NCBI GenBank assembly: GCA_039818205.1
Contig: JBCBUK010000011.1
Location: forward strand, 32,001-96,000
Length of the DNA stretch: 64,000 nucleotides
Source of the DNA: Verrucomicrobiota bacterium
GTDB lineage: Bacteria > Verrucomicrobiota > Verrucomicrobiia > Opitutales > Cerasicoccaceae
Direction: 5' to 3'
Under the pieces are notes generated by a model. It was not told the DNA's origin and ran no database searches. It saw only the letters and a program-made list of their open reading frames with translations. The position numbers and the translations under genes were made by a program. Shown here one piece after another: positions 44,490 through 53,487 of this stretch (position 1 is the stretch's first letter; each line of letters begins with the position of its first letter).

Positions 44490-45896
44490 TTAACCGCCCG
44501 CGGGCACGTTCGGATCTTGCGCCTGTTCCTTTTGGAACTCGTCGATGGCTTTCTGCTCCGGCGTGTTTGGTCCCGGTGGATTGTAAGGGATCATCTCGCT
44601 CGGATCTAGATCATCAATTGGATCGTTCGGGAAAGGAATTAGTTCACCAGTTGCCGGATCGACAAAATAGTCTTCGACCGGAGCGCCAACGCCTTCGAAT
44701 TCCTGGACGTCGTCACCAGAAACTTCTTCGAGCGCTTCAGCACCTGGAGTTTCCAGGAAGGCCTCGGATTGCTCGATCTGGAAAGCTTCGTCTTCGAGGG
44801 CGTCAATCTTCGACTGGTCCTCGTAGGCGCGATAGCTTGGGCGCTGATAGCGGCCAAATACCCAGTCAACTGGAGTCATCGGTGGCTCGGCTCCAGAGTC
44901 GATAAGCACAATTTGCTCTTCGGCAAGGTGGGCAATAGCGGACTGCGGAGCAACGGTGATCGCCTCACTATACATGACGCGCGCTGCGCGTGGGTTGTTG
45001 CGGTACTTCCAGTAGAATTCTCCAACCTCAAACTTGCTCTCGGCGAGCGTCTCACGCATGTAGTAGAGACCCGCCTCAGCTTCATAGGAGCCCGGTGTAT
45101 CGGGATAGAGAATCAAGTAATCCTGGTAAAAGCTGACGGCTTCACGGGTTGCCCCTTGGTCCCAGGAAGGTCCCTGAACAAGTGACGCGTAGACGTCGGC
45201 AAGTTGCAAATAGGCGTCGGGTGCGAGTAGGCTCTGGGGATAATTATTAATCAGCCGGTCAAGCGCATCGATGGCGTCTTCTGGCTTGTCCTGATCGCGG
45301 GACATCAGCGCAATGTTCATCAGCGATAGCGGGGCGTATTCACTGAACGGTGCCGCCGCAACGATGTCTTCATAAATGTCGATACCAACGACTGGATCCG
45401 GGAACCAAGGAATGATACCCCAAGCGTAGGGGATTGCACCTTCTTGGACGGTCTCGGCGAGGTTGTACATCGCTTCAATGAGCGAATTGAAATTATCGTA
45501 GTTGGGATAACGTGCCAGGACGATGTCGAACTCCTCGCGTGCGTCGTCAAACTGGCCGCGCTTGGTGTAGATCAATCCACGCTGGTAGTGCGCCTCTGGA
45601 GCATAGATCGATTCTGAATAGTCACTGACGACGTCTTTGTAGTAGTCCAGGGCATCGCCCAGGCTTCCGTCTTCCTGTTCCTCACGGGCTTTGTTCATCA
45701 GGTCCAGAGCCGTGCTCGGGGCGTCCGCGGAATCACCGCCGAGGATTACCTCGGAGAGGCCGCCTTCGGCCCGCCAGCCTTGGCCTTCTGTCCAGACGAG
45801 TTTGGCTTGGAGATGGGAGGCGCTAAAGAGCCCGAGGGCCACAATGAGCGCGCTGCTGGTGAGCTTGGAATGTTTCATAGCTGCGACGGTCGACAT
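44490..45896 (-). CDS. bamD: Outer membrane protein assembly factor BamD (TPR)
   Basis: TPR repeats with YP.S; WDQGATREA; LAESKFEVGEFY. Confidence 0.8.
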   Translation of the reverse strand: MSTVAAMKHSKLTSSALIVALGLFSASHLQAKLVWTEGQGWRAEGGLSEVILGGDSADAPSTALDLMNKAREEQEDGSLGDALDYYKDVVSDYSESIYAPEAHYQRGLIYTKRGQFDDAREEFDIVLARYPNYDNFNSLIEAMYNLAETVQEGAIPYAWGIIPWFPDPVVGIDIYEDIVAAAPFSEYAPLSLMNIALMSRDQDKPEDAIDALDRLINNYPQSLLAPDAYLQLADVYASLVQGPSWDQGATREAVSFYQDYLILYPDTPGSYEAEAGLYYMRETLAESKFEVGEFYWKYRNNPRAARVMYSEAITVAPQSAIAHLAEEQIVLIDSGAEPPMTPVDWVFGRYQRPSYRAYEDQSKIDALEDEAFQIEQSEAFLETPGAEALEEVSGDDVQEFEGVGAPVEDYFVDPATGELIPFPNDPIDDLDPSEMIPYNPPGPNTPEQKAIDEFQKEQAQDPNVPAGG

Positions 45897-45999
45897 CTAA
45901 AGGGCCGACTTAGCCTGCAAGCAAGCCGATTCCGTTCAGTATCTTATTTGAGGACAAAATCGTCGGGATGGCTCAGGGCAAAATCAAAGAGGGTAATCG

Positions 46000-47004
46000 C
46001 TAGGCCTCAGGCCATTTGATGACTGCTCCACCCCAAGTGAGGCCTGCGCCGAAGGCCGCCAATACTACGTTGTCACCGGGTCCAAATCGTCCCTGTTCCC
46101 GGGCTTCCCAGAGGGCAATTGGAACCGAAGCCGCTGAGGTGTTCCCGAACCGATCGATGTTGATGTAAAATTTGTCCATCGACGTCTCGAGGCGTTTTGC
46201 CATGGACTCAATGATTCGAATATTCGCCTGGTGCGGGATGAAGCAGGTGATGTCATCAGGGGTCAGGCCATTGCGTTCGATCGCCTCAAGCGTGACATTC
46301 CCCATCTCTTTGACGGCGGATCGGAAGATCTCCTTGCCGTTCATTTTCAGATAGTGCTGACGTTCGTTTAACGTGTCCGTCGAAGTGGGCATCGCTGTGC
46401 CGCCACCTGGCATACACAGGAGCTCCGGGCGCGAGCCCTCTGCTTTGAGAATAATTTCTCCAACACCAATACCGGGAACGTCACCCCGGGTTAAAACGGC
46501 GGCACCCGCGCCGTCGCCAAAGAGCACGCAGGTAGCGCGGTCTTCCCAATCGACGATGCTCGACATTTTTTCCGCACCGATAACGAGCACGTTGCGGTAG
46601 GCGCCCGAGCGGAGCATCTGGCTACCGACCTCCAGGATATAGAGGAACCCGGAGCAGGCTGCCGATACGTCGAACGCAGCCACCGGATCGAGCCCGAGTT
46701 TGGACTGGATGAGACACGCCGTTGACGGGAAGGGCATGTCGGGGCTCATCGTGCCAACGATGATCAAATCGATTTCGTCCCGGTTAATCCCGGCATCAGC
46801 AATGGCATTCTCGGCGGCGATGGCTCCCAGCGTCGACGTGCTTTGACCTTCGGTGGCAATGCGGCGTTCTCCGATACCGGAGCGGGTACGGATCCACTCG
46901 TCAGAAGTTTCAACGATCTTAGCCATGTCGTCATTGGTGACGACTTTTTCAGGAATGCAGGCGCCTAGCCCGCTGATCAGAACCGATGTTGCGGCAGAAT
47001 TCAT
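46000..47004 (-). CDS. fabH: Beta-ketoacyl-ACP synthase III
   Basis: AACSGF, PHQANIRII, GNTSAAS, FGAGLTWG. Confidence 0.97.
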   Translation of the reverse strand: MNSAATSVLISGLGACIPEKVVTNDDMAKIVETSDEWIRTRSGIGERRIATEGQSTSTLGAIAAENAIADAGINRDEIDLIIVGTMSPDMPFPSTACLIQSKLGLDPVAAFDVSAACSGFLYILEVGSQMLRSGAYRNVLVIGAEKMSSIVDWEDRATCVLFGDGAGAAVLTRGDVPGIGVGEIILKAEGSRPELLCMPGGGTAMPTSTDTLNERQHYLKMNGKEIFRSAVKEMGNVTLEAIERNGLTPDDITCFIPHQANIRIIESMAKRLETSMDKFYINIDRFGNTSAASVPIALWEAREQGRFGPGDNVVLAAFGAGLTWGGAVIKWPEA

Positions 47005-47022
47005 ATTGGTTGAATATGCCGC

Positions 47023-47763
47023 TTAGCGAGAAATCTCGATCCAGTCAAGGTAGGCTGTGGATGACTCTTCTGTGTTATCACCATCGGCCATAATGCTTAT
47101 TACGGCTTCTTTCGGTGGTTCCTCGTCGAATGCGTTGCGAAAATCTTCCATAATGTTGACTTTTTCCTCATGCCATTGGCCGGTATCACTGGCTCCGCTA
47201 CGCTTCACGATGATGCGTGCGCGATCCGAGTAGGGGCAGGGCAGGGTTTGGCTGGCTAAGTCAGATCGGTTAGCAAATACGTAATGAATGACCCGGTAAG
47301 GCGGATACTCTCCCCAGACCAGTTTTTGCATTTTGAACCAGCGACGTTCGTTGTCGGAAACTTTCTTGGGGTCGAATTTGAAACAAACGCTTACCCGAAG
47401 TGGGAAGTCATCCCCGTCCTCATGCTCGGCATTGCCCTTGGTAAAGGTATTTCCGACATTCCATCGCCAGGAAAGCAGCGGCGTTTCGGCGGGTTTAAAC
47501 TTTTCAGTGAGGACGATGGCTGAAACGGAATTGTTGGCCTGGGCACAGAGCATGCCGTCTCCAGTAAGCTGGTAGCTGCTGTTCGTCTGCAGGGGAAACT
47601 CGAGCGGTTCCCAGTTTTCCAGGTGATCAAAGTGCTCAGCGATGACTGGGCTCGGGGTCGAAATGGAATCGGCCCAGGTGCGTGGGGTAGTTATGCAGGC
47701 TAATAGTAATCCCGCCCCCATGGCAAAGATTGCCTGACGGGGCATCCGGTGGTCTCTGGTCAT
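47023..47763 (-). CDS. DUF3047 family protein
   Basis: P.LSWRW, GDDFPLRV, IMADGDNT motifs. Confidence 0.8.
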   Translation of the reverse strand: MTRDHRMPRQAIFAMGAGLLLACITTPRTWADSISTPSPVIAEHFDHLENWEPLEFPLQTNSSYQLTGDGMLCAQANNSVSAIVLTEKFKPAETPLLSWRWNVGNTFTKGNAEHEDGDDFPLRVSVCFKFDPKKVSDNERRWFKMQKLVWGEYPPYRVIHYVFANRSDLASQTLPCPYSDRARIIVKRSGASDTGQWHEEKVNIMEDFRNAFDEEPPKEAVISIMADGDNTEESSTAYLDWIEISR

Positions 47764-47823
47764 TCTCGTATGCGATACTTCTGAATCAAGGCTACGTGAG
47801 ATCGTCGTAGCGTCTACAAATAG

Positions 47824-48930
47824 TTAAACGTCGCTTGTTGCGACGAGCGATTCGGAAGTCTTCATGATACTATTAGCATTTTCAATGTCTTTTTGCACTT
47901 GTTCTTCCATGTCGTGCAAAAGGGTTTCGTGAGCAATCCGGATTGCGCTACGAATGAAAAATCGGTCGCTTGAGCCATGAGTCTTGAGTACCAGATGATT
48001 CAGGCCCAGCAGCGGTGCACCCGAGTAGTTATCGGGGGAGAAGGACTTTTTCATGGCTTTGAAGGCTCCTTGGGACAGGAAGGCGCCAACCTTGCGCATC
48101 GGGGTCGCCGTAATCTCCTCCTTCAGCGTGGTTTTCAGCATGCTGTAGCAGGATTCCAATGCTTTGAGAAGGATGTTTCCTGTAAAGCCATCACAGACAA
48201 CGACATCAGCCACATTGTTGAAGGTGTCAAAGCCCTCGATCGGGCCGATGTAGTTGATGATTCCCTGTTCGCCGAGGCTTTTTAAATTGTCGTGAGCTTC
48301 GAGGATACGCTTGGTGCCTTTTCCCTCCTCGGTGCCAATAGTCAACAGGCCAACCCGTGGTCTATCGGTTCCTACGGCAGCATTGTAATACTGGGAGCCA
48401 AGGACCGCATTATGGGCGAGCTGCTTGGGGGAGGTTTCGGGCTGGGCGCCTGCATCAATGAGCAAAAAGTGGTGGTTGCGGCTCGGAATAACCGTCGCCA
48501 ACGCCGGGCGTTCGACTCCTGGGAGCTTGCGGAGCATGAGTGTCGCCGAGAACATCAGGCTGCCCGTGTTGCCACAGCTGACGGCGGCACCGGCTTCGCC
48601 ATCGGCGACGAGCTTCAGTGCCTTGATCATTGAAGAGTCCTTCTTTTTATAACTCTCCTTGGGCTTTTCTTTCATGCCGATGACATCCGAAGCGTGCTGA
48701 ATTCGGACATTTGCGGAGTTGCCCAAGCCAGCATTGGTCACGAGCGGTCGGAGTTCATCCTCCTTGCCGACCAGAATGAGTTCCGGGAGATTGGCTACCT
48801 CCTGTAGCGCGAGTTTTACCGCCTCAACGGCTTCGGCTGGGCCCAGGTCCCCGCCCATAGCGTCAATGGCAATTGGTTGCGCACTCGTCGGTCCGTTATT
48901 CATCGGGTTGAAGGCTTGGTTGATGGTCAA
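47824..48930 (-). CDS. plsX: Phosphate acyltransferase PlsX
   Basis: IAIDAMGGD, GNTG, RPALA, VVVCDGFTGN, HGSS. Confidence 0.97.
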   Translation of the reverse strand: MTINQAFNPMNNGPTSAQPIAIDAMGGDLGPAEAVEAVKLALQEVANLPELILVGKEDELRPLVTNAGLGNSANVRIQHASDVIGMKEKPKESYKKKDSSMIKALKLVADGEAGAAVSCGNTGSLMFSATLMLRKLPGVERPALATVIPSRNHHFLLIDAGAQPETSPKQLAHNAVLGSQYYNAAVGTDRPRVGLLTIGTEEGKGTKRILEAHDNLKSLGEQGIINYIGPIEGFDTFNNVADVVVCDGFTGNILLKALESCYSMLKTTLKEEITATPMRKVGAFLSQGAFKAMKKSFSPDNYSGAPLLGLNHLVLKTHGSSDRFFIRSAIRIAHETLLHDMEEQVQKDIENANSIMKTSESLVATSDV

Positions 48931-49005
48931 TCTGGGTCAAGCTGCGATTATGCATTCACCCAGTGATGTTGAGAGTTAACCGTTTCCTGTTTGCGGCTAT
49001 TAGAG

Positions 49006-50346
49006 CTACCGCAGGCTGGCTAAAACGTCGAAGAAATTCGGGAATGTTTTCGCGCAGCAGCCTGGGTCGTGAAGTGCGATCCAAGGGCGACCATCACCAT
49101 GAAGATCGAAGGACCCCGCAATGCCGAAGCTCATGGCCACACGATGGTCTTCGTAGGTGTGGATGGTGACCGGGCTGTATTGCGTCTTGGCAATTAAGGC
49201 CTCCCGGTCGGGATAAACGGTCATACTATCGTCGGTTTCATCAACTTTCTGGCCGAGCTTGCGTAGCTCCGTCGCCATTGCGTTGATACGATCGGTCTCC
49301 TGGTGGCGAGTATGAGCAATGCCCGAGATCGTCGTCGGCCCATCGAGCAGCGGTGTGATCGCCGCGAGGGTCAGGAAGGTGTCCGAGATTGGGTTAAAGT
49401 TCTCGGTGATGCCGCCGGTTTTGCGTTCTTTAAATTCGGCGATCAAGTTGTTGCCGTCCATATTGAAGAACGCACCCAGCTTACCGAGGACATCGATGAA
49501 GCGGATGTCGCCTTGCAGGCCGATGCCGTAACAGCGCTCGAGGGCCAACGAGCCACCGACGACCCACGGGAGGATCGCATAGTAGCTCGCCGCGGTCGCA
49601 TCGGGCTCAACTACGTAGGCCGGGCGGGGAAAGTAGTAACCTGGACTTGCTTCAAAGTAGAACGGGCCCGTATCGGAGTCCGCTTTCGGCTGGATTCCGA
49701 ATTGATCCATCATCGCCAAGGTCATTCCAATGAATGGATGCGAGACGGTCTCGCCCGCGAGGGTGAGAGTCAGCGGAGCTTGGGCCAGCGGTGCGACCAT
49801 GAGCAGAGCAGACAGGATTTGGCTGCTGGCGGACGCGTCCACGCTGAGGTTGCCGCCCGGAATGCCCTTGGTTTTCAGGGTGAAGGGAAAAAAACCTTCC
49901 CGGCCATGGTATTCGACGTCCGTTGCTCCAAGCTTAACCAGGGCGTCGAGCAGGCCTCGCATTGGGCGTTTACGCATGGCCTCGGAGCCGTCCATCTTGA
50001 AAGTTCCACCCTTGCGCAGGCAGAGCATCGCCGTCAGGAAGCGGGCAGCTGTGCCGGCATTGCCGACGTAGATCTCGGCTTCCGCGTGGGGGATCTCGCC
50101 ACCACAGCCTTTAATAAATAGCGTTTTCCCGGGCTCGTCTTCGCTAACGGTGACACCGACCGCGCGGAGCGCGGCCGCCATGATCTTGGTGTCGTCACTA
50201 AAGAGCGCAGCTTCCAAAGTGAGCGATTCTTTGGAGAGGGCCGCCAGGATTAACGCGCGGTTCGTGATACTCTTTGAGCCCGGTAGGGTGACACTGCCGG
50301 CGACCGGCTTGGAAAATGGTTCGATGGTGAGAAGTTCTGGAAGCAT
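49006..50346 (-). CDS. aroA: EPSP synthase
   Basis: LPGSKSITNR, GNAGTAARF, SSQ..SALL, ETDR, DHRVAMSF, KTFP. Confidence 0.97.
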   Translation of the reverse strand: MLPELLTIEPFSKPVAGSVTLPGSKSITNRALILAALSKESLTLEAALFSDDTKIMAAALRAVGVTVSEDEPGKTLFIKGCGGEIPHAEAEIYVGNAGTAARFLTAMLCLRKGGTFKMDGSEAMRKRPMRGLLDALVKLGATDVEYHGREGFFPFTLKTKGIPGGNLSVDASASSQILSALLMVAPLAQAPLTLTLAGETVSHPFIGMTLAMMDQFGIQPKADSDTGPFYFEASPGYYFPRPAYVVEPDATAASYYAILPWVVGGSLALERCYGIGLQGDIRFIDVLGKLGAFFNMDGNNLIAEFKERKTGGITENFNPISDTFLTLAAITPLLDGPTTISGIAHTRHQETDRINAMATELRKLGQKVDETDDSMTVYPDREALIAKTQYSPVTIHTYEDHRVAMSFGIAGSFDLHGDGRPWIALHDPGCCAKTFPNFFDVLASLR

Positions 50347-50456
50347 GAGAGCCGACGATTCAGAAGAGGAACGCACTGCTTGGCAAGCCCGGGAAATCGA
50401 GGAACTTTTTCTCCAAAAAACGAAGGATTTCGAATTTGGCCGCGTATTACTCTGCA

Positions 50457-51707
50457 ATGAAACATTTTAACTTTAGCTATTGCTCCATCTTTCTAATGCT
50501 GCTGCTGGCATTTCCACTGGAGAGCGTTGTTCACGCGCAAGATCAAAGAGTTCCCTCACGTCAGGTGATAATTCGAGACGAGCCGATTCCCAACGATACC
50601 ACTCGCTTTGATATTAGTTTTCCGGGCGGGACTGCGGCGGAATTGATCAAAGCGTTGAGCACATCGTCCGGCGAACCAATCAACGCGATGATCCCGGAAG
50701 GATCGGACTATTTTGTGATGCCGCCTTTTGACTTCAGGAATGTGACCGTTACCGAGGTTTTGAAAACTTTGGCCGAGAGAAAGGCGCTTCCGGTCAAGAC
50801 GTCGGATAACAGTTATCACTACAAGGATGTTGGATATAGCTGGGTCTTGTTTAATGGAATCTGGGTCTTGCGTATCGACTTGCCAGTCGCGAACTTGCCA
50901 CAGCAGACATCGGTGGTGCCCTTCAACGTGGGCGATCTGCTGACCACTTACACAATCGACGATGTTACAACGGCCATTGATGCAGCCTGGACCTTGCAGG
51001 AGGCTTCACCGAAGTCCCAGTTGTTTTTCCACAATGATACCTCAATTTTGCTGGCGAAAGGAAGCGTGACCGAGCTAAACGCAGTTACTGCAGTTCTGGA
51101 GAAGCTGCGTGACGGCCAGGAATATCAGGTCGAGATTCAGGAAAAAGAACGGAGAATCGATGTGACGGTATTCAAATCTAGCGGTTCACGAGACTATTAC
51201 TCCCTGCCTCCCAATGCATTCATTACGGATGCGCAGGATGCGGCTGGACAGTTCACATCGGTGCCATCGGAAGACTACAATCGTTCTGTCAGGATCATTC
51301 GTGAGAAAATATCGGGCGAGACTGAGGAGATGGTTATCGATGTTGATGCCATTGCGCTTAAAAAAGCGCCCGATGTTAGGTTAAGGAACGGCGATGTGAT
51401 CATCTTTGAATATGAATATATTGATCCGGACAAGATCCCTGATCCCGACACGATTAGTATATCGGTGCTTGGCAGTGTGAAGAATCCAGGTAAGTATACC
51501 CTTGAAGGCAGCCCATCCTTGATCAGCGCCATTGCATTGGCTGGCGGAGGGGAAGATCATGGTAATCTCAGTAAAGTGAAAGTGCGGAGCGAAAACGGTA
51601 GCACAATTGAAGTCGATTTTAATGGCATCCTTGATGGAAAGGTAAAGGACCTGGAACTGAAAGATGGTGACACGATCGTCATTGAAGAAAAATTCGTCAG
51701 ATTCTGA
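50457..51707 (+). CDS. Secreted SLBB-domain protein
   Basis: Signal peptide; C-terminal VLGSVKNPG.Y...AIALAGG...LKDGD.I SLBB repeats. Confidence 0.8.
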   Translation: MKHFNFSYCSIFLMLLLAFPLESVVHAQDQRVPSRQVIIRDEPIPNDTTRFDISFPGGTAAELIKALSTSSGEPINAMIPEGSDYFVMPPFDFRNVTVTEVLKTLAERKALPVKTSDNSYHYKDVGYSWVLFNGIWVLRIDLPVANLPQQTSVVPFNVGDLLTTYTIDDVTTAIDAAWTLQEASPKSQLFFHNDTSILLAKGSVTELNAVTAVLEKLRDGQEYQVEIQEKERRIDVTVFKSSGSRDYYSLPPNAFITDAQDAAGQFTSVPSEDYNRSVRIIREKISGETEEMVIDVDAIALKKAPDVRLRNGDVIIFEYEYIDPDKIPDPDTISISVLGSVKNPGKYTLEGSPSLISAIALAGGGEDHGNLSKVKVRSENGSTIEVDFNGILDGKVKDLELKDGDTIVIEEKFVRF

Positions 51708-51735
51708 GCGATATTCTCCTTCACCCGAGCACGTT

Positions 51736-52266
51736 GTGGACGAAGACATTGCCACGCTGACGCGCCGTATGGCGTCCTTGGATGAGGACGCTTACCGGCG
51801 TTTCTTTCGGGAGTATTTTTCGCGCCTGCATGCCTACGCGCGCAAGCTGACTCACGGCAATGAGATGTTGGCGCAGGACATCACTCAGGAAACGCTTTTG
51901 CGGGTGAATCGAAACATTAAACCAATCGAATCCAGTGAGGAACTCTGGTGTTGGCTAGTCTTGCTCATGCGGTGTTCGTTTATTGATGCTGTCCGCAAAG
52001 AGCAGCGATATCGCGGTCTGTTAGATGATTTCACGGTTGAGGTGGAGATCGGCTCGTCGCCAGCTGGCCGTTCGATTGAGTCGAGCGAGGCCTTGCATGC
52101 GGCGTTGAAACGGCTCCGCCCCAAAGAGCGAAAGTTGCTTCTTGCCAAATACCAGGATGGCGAATCCTGCCGTGAAATTGCCGTAGGGCTTGGTCTGTCG
52201 GAGAAGGCCGTCGAGTCCCGGCTGAGCCGCCTACGAGGAAAACTAAAAACCATGCTGAAGCCCTAG
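51736..52266 (+). CDS. ECF sigma factor (start uncertain)
   Basis: AQDITQE region 2; SCREIA..LG.SEKAVESRLSR region 4. Confidence 0.9.
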   Translation: MDEDIATLTRRMASLDEDAYRRFFREYFSRLHAYARKLTHGNEMLAQDITQETLLRVNRNIKPIESSEELWCWLVLLMRCSFIDAVRKEQRYRGLLDDFTVEVEIGSSPAGRSIESSEALHAALKRLRPKERKLLLAKYQDGESCREIAVGLGLSEKAVESRLSRLRGKLKTMLKP

Positions 52267-52284
52267 GAAGGAGAAATTTGATCT

Positions 52285-52755
52285 ATGTCCTCATCATTTG
52301 AACAACGTGCCGAAGATCGGTTGATTCAGGCGGTACGCCAAAAGCGTCGTCAGCGCCAGGCCCGGGTTATGGTTGGCGGGGCCTTGGCCATGTGCCTGGG
52401 TCTGTGGTTGGCGCTGCAGCAACGAGTAGTCTCAGGTGAGACGCCGACTGAAGCGGTTCCGTTCGTTGCGCTTCCAGAAAACCCGCCGTTGCCAATCGGG
52501 GAGGCGATACCCGAGCCGGAGCTTCTTGCTCCGATTGAGCCGGCGAAGCCTTATACCTTAATCAGTACCCAGGCGAAAAAATTTTCCGCGATTGAGTCGG
52601 GGTCAACACGCTTGATGGTCGTCCGGACGGGTGAGTTTTCCTCGACTAAGAACATCGATGACCAAGAGCTCTTTGCTCAGTTTCCGAACGCACGGATTCG
52701 GATTGATTCCGACGGACAAGCTGAGTTGATCGTGCCGGAGTCCGGCAATCAATAG
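52285..52755 (+). CDS. Single-TM putative anti-sigma factor
   Basis: Follows the ECF sigma; basic stretch followed by one TM. Confidence 0.6.
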   Translation: MSSSFEQRAEDRLIQAVRQKRRQRQARVMVGGALAMCLGLWLALQQRVVSGETPTEAVPFVALPENPPLPIGEAIPEPELLAPIEPAKPYTLISTQAKKFSAIESGSTRLMVVRTGEFSSTKNIDDQELFAQFPNARIRIDSDGQAELIVPESGNQ

Positions 52756-52811
52756 CGTGGGTCGATTCTGCGGCTTGACCTTTGGGCGAGAATCAGGGCA
52801 GGATGCGCAGC

Positions 52812-53435
52812 ATGAGCAACCTCGAAGAATTTCCTGTAATCCCGGTTATCGTTATTGATGACGCCAACGACGCTGAGCCCTTGGCTGAGGCCTTTCTCAA
52901 CGCAGGCCTAAACATCATCGAGGTAACCTTCCGCACGGCGGCCGCCGCCGATGCCATCGAGCGCATCGCGAATCGTTTTCCCGAGATGTTGGTTGGCGCT
53001 GGCACCGTGGTTACGCCGGAACAAGCGCACCGCGCGATTGATGCCGGAAGTAAGTTCGGATTGGCTCCCGGCGTGGATCACGAGACCCTTGCTTACTTCA
53101 AGGGCCGCGGTGTTCCTTTCATTCCGGGCGTGATGACGCCGACTGATATTCAAGCCGCGTTGAAGTCCGGTTGCCAGCTACTCAAATTTTTCCCAGCAGG
53201 TGCCGCGGGTGGACCGAAGTTGCTTAAAGCGATGTCCGCGCCGTACTTGAACCTCGGTGTGAAATTCTGCCCAACTGGCGGCGTTTCCTTGGACAACATG
53301 AATGACTATCTGAGCATGTCGCAGGTCTTTGCCGTGGGTGGATCCTGGTTGGCGACCAAGGATCAGATTGCGGGCAAGGAGTGGGCCACGATCACTCAAC
53401 AGGCCAAGGACGCACTCGCTAAGGCAGCGGGCTAG
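52812..53435 (+). CDS. eda: KDPG/KHG aldolase
   Basis: IEVTFRT, VGAGTV, LKFFPA, FCPTGGV. Confidence 0.96.
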   Translation: MSNLEEFPVIPVIVIDDANDAEPLAEAFLNAGLNIIEVTFRTAAAADAIERIANRFPEMLVGAGTVVTPEQAHRAIDAGSKFGLAPGVDHETLAYFKGRGVPFIPGVMTPTDIQAALKSGCQLLKFFPAGAAGGPKLLKAMSAPYLNLGVKFCPTGGVSLDNMNDYLSMSQVFAVGGSWLATKDQIAGKEWATITQQAKDALAKAAG

Positions 53436-53487
53436 TCTGAGCCTTTAAGCTTTACGCCGCCGGGCATTCATTGATTATCTCCTGGCC

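Noticed and set aside
43925..44905. 326-aa plus-strand ORF
   Set aside because: Overlaps lptE and bamD on the opposite strand; shadow ORF.
49303..50121. 272-aa plus-strand ORF
   Set aside because: Antisense to aroA.
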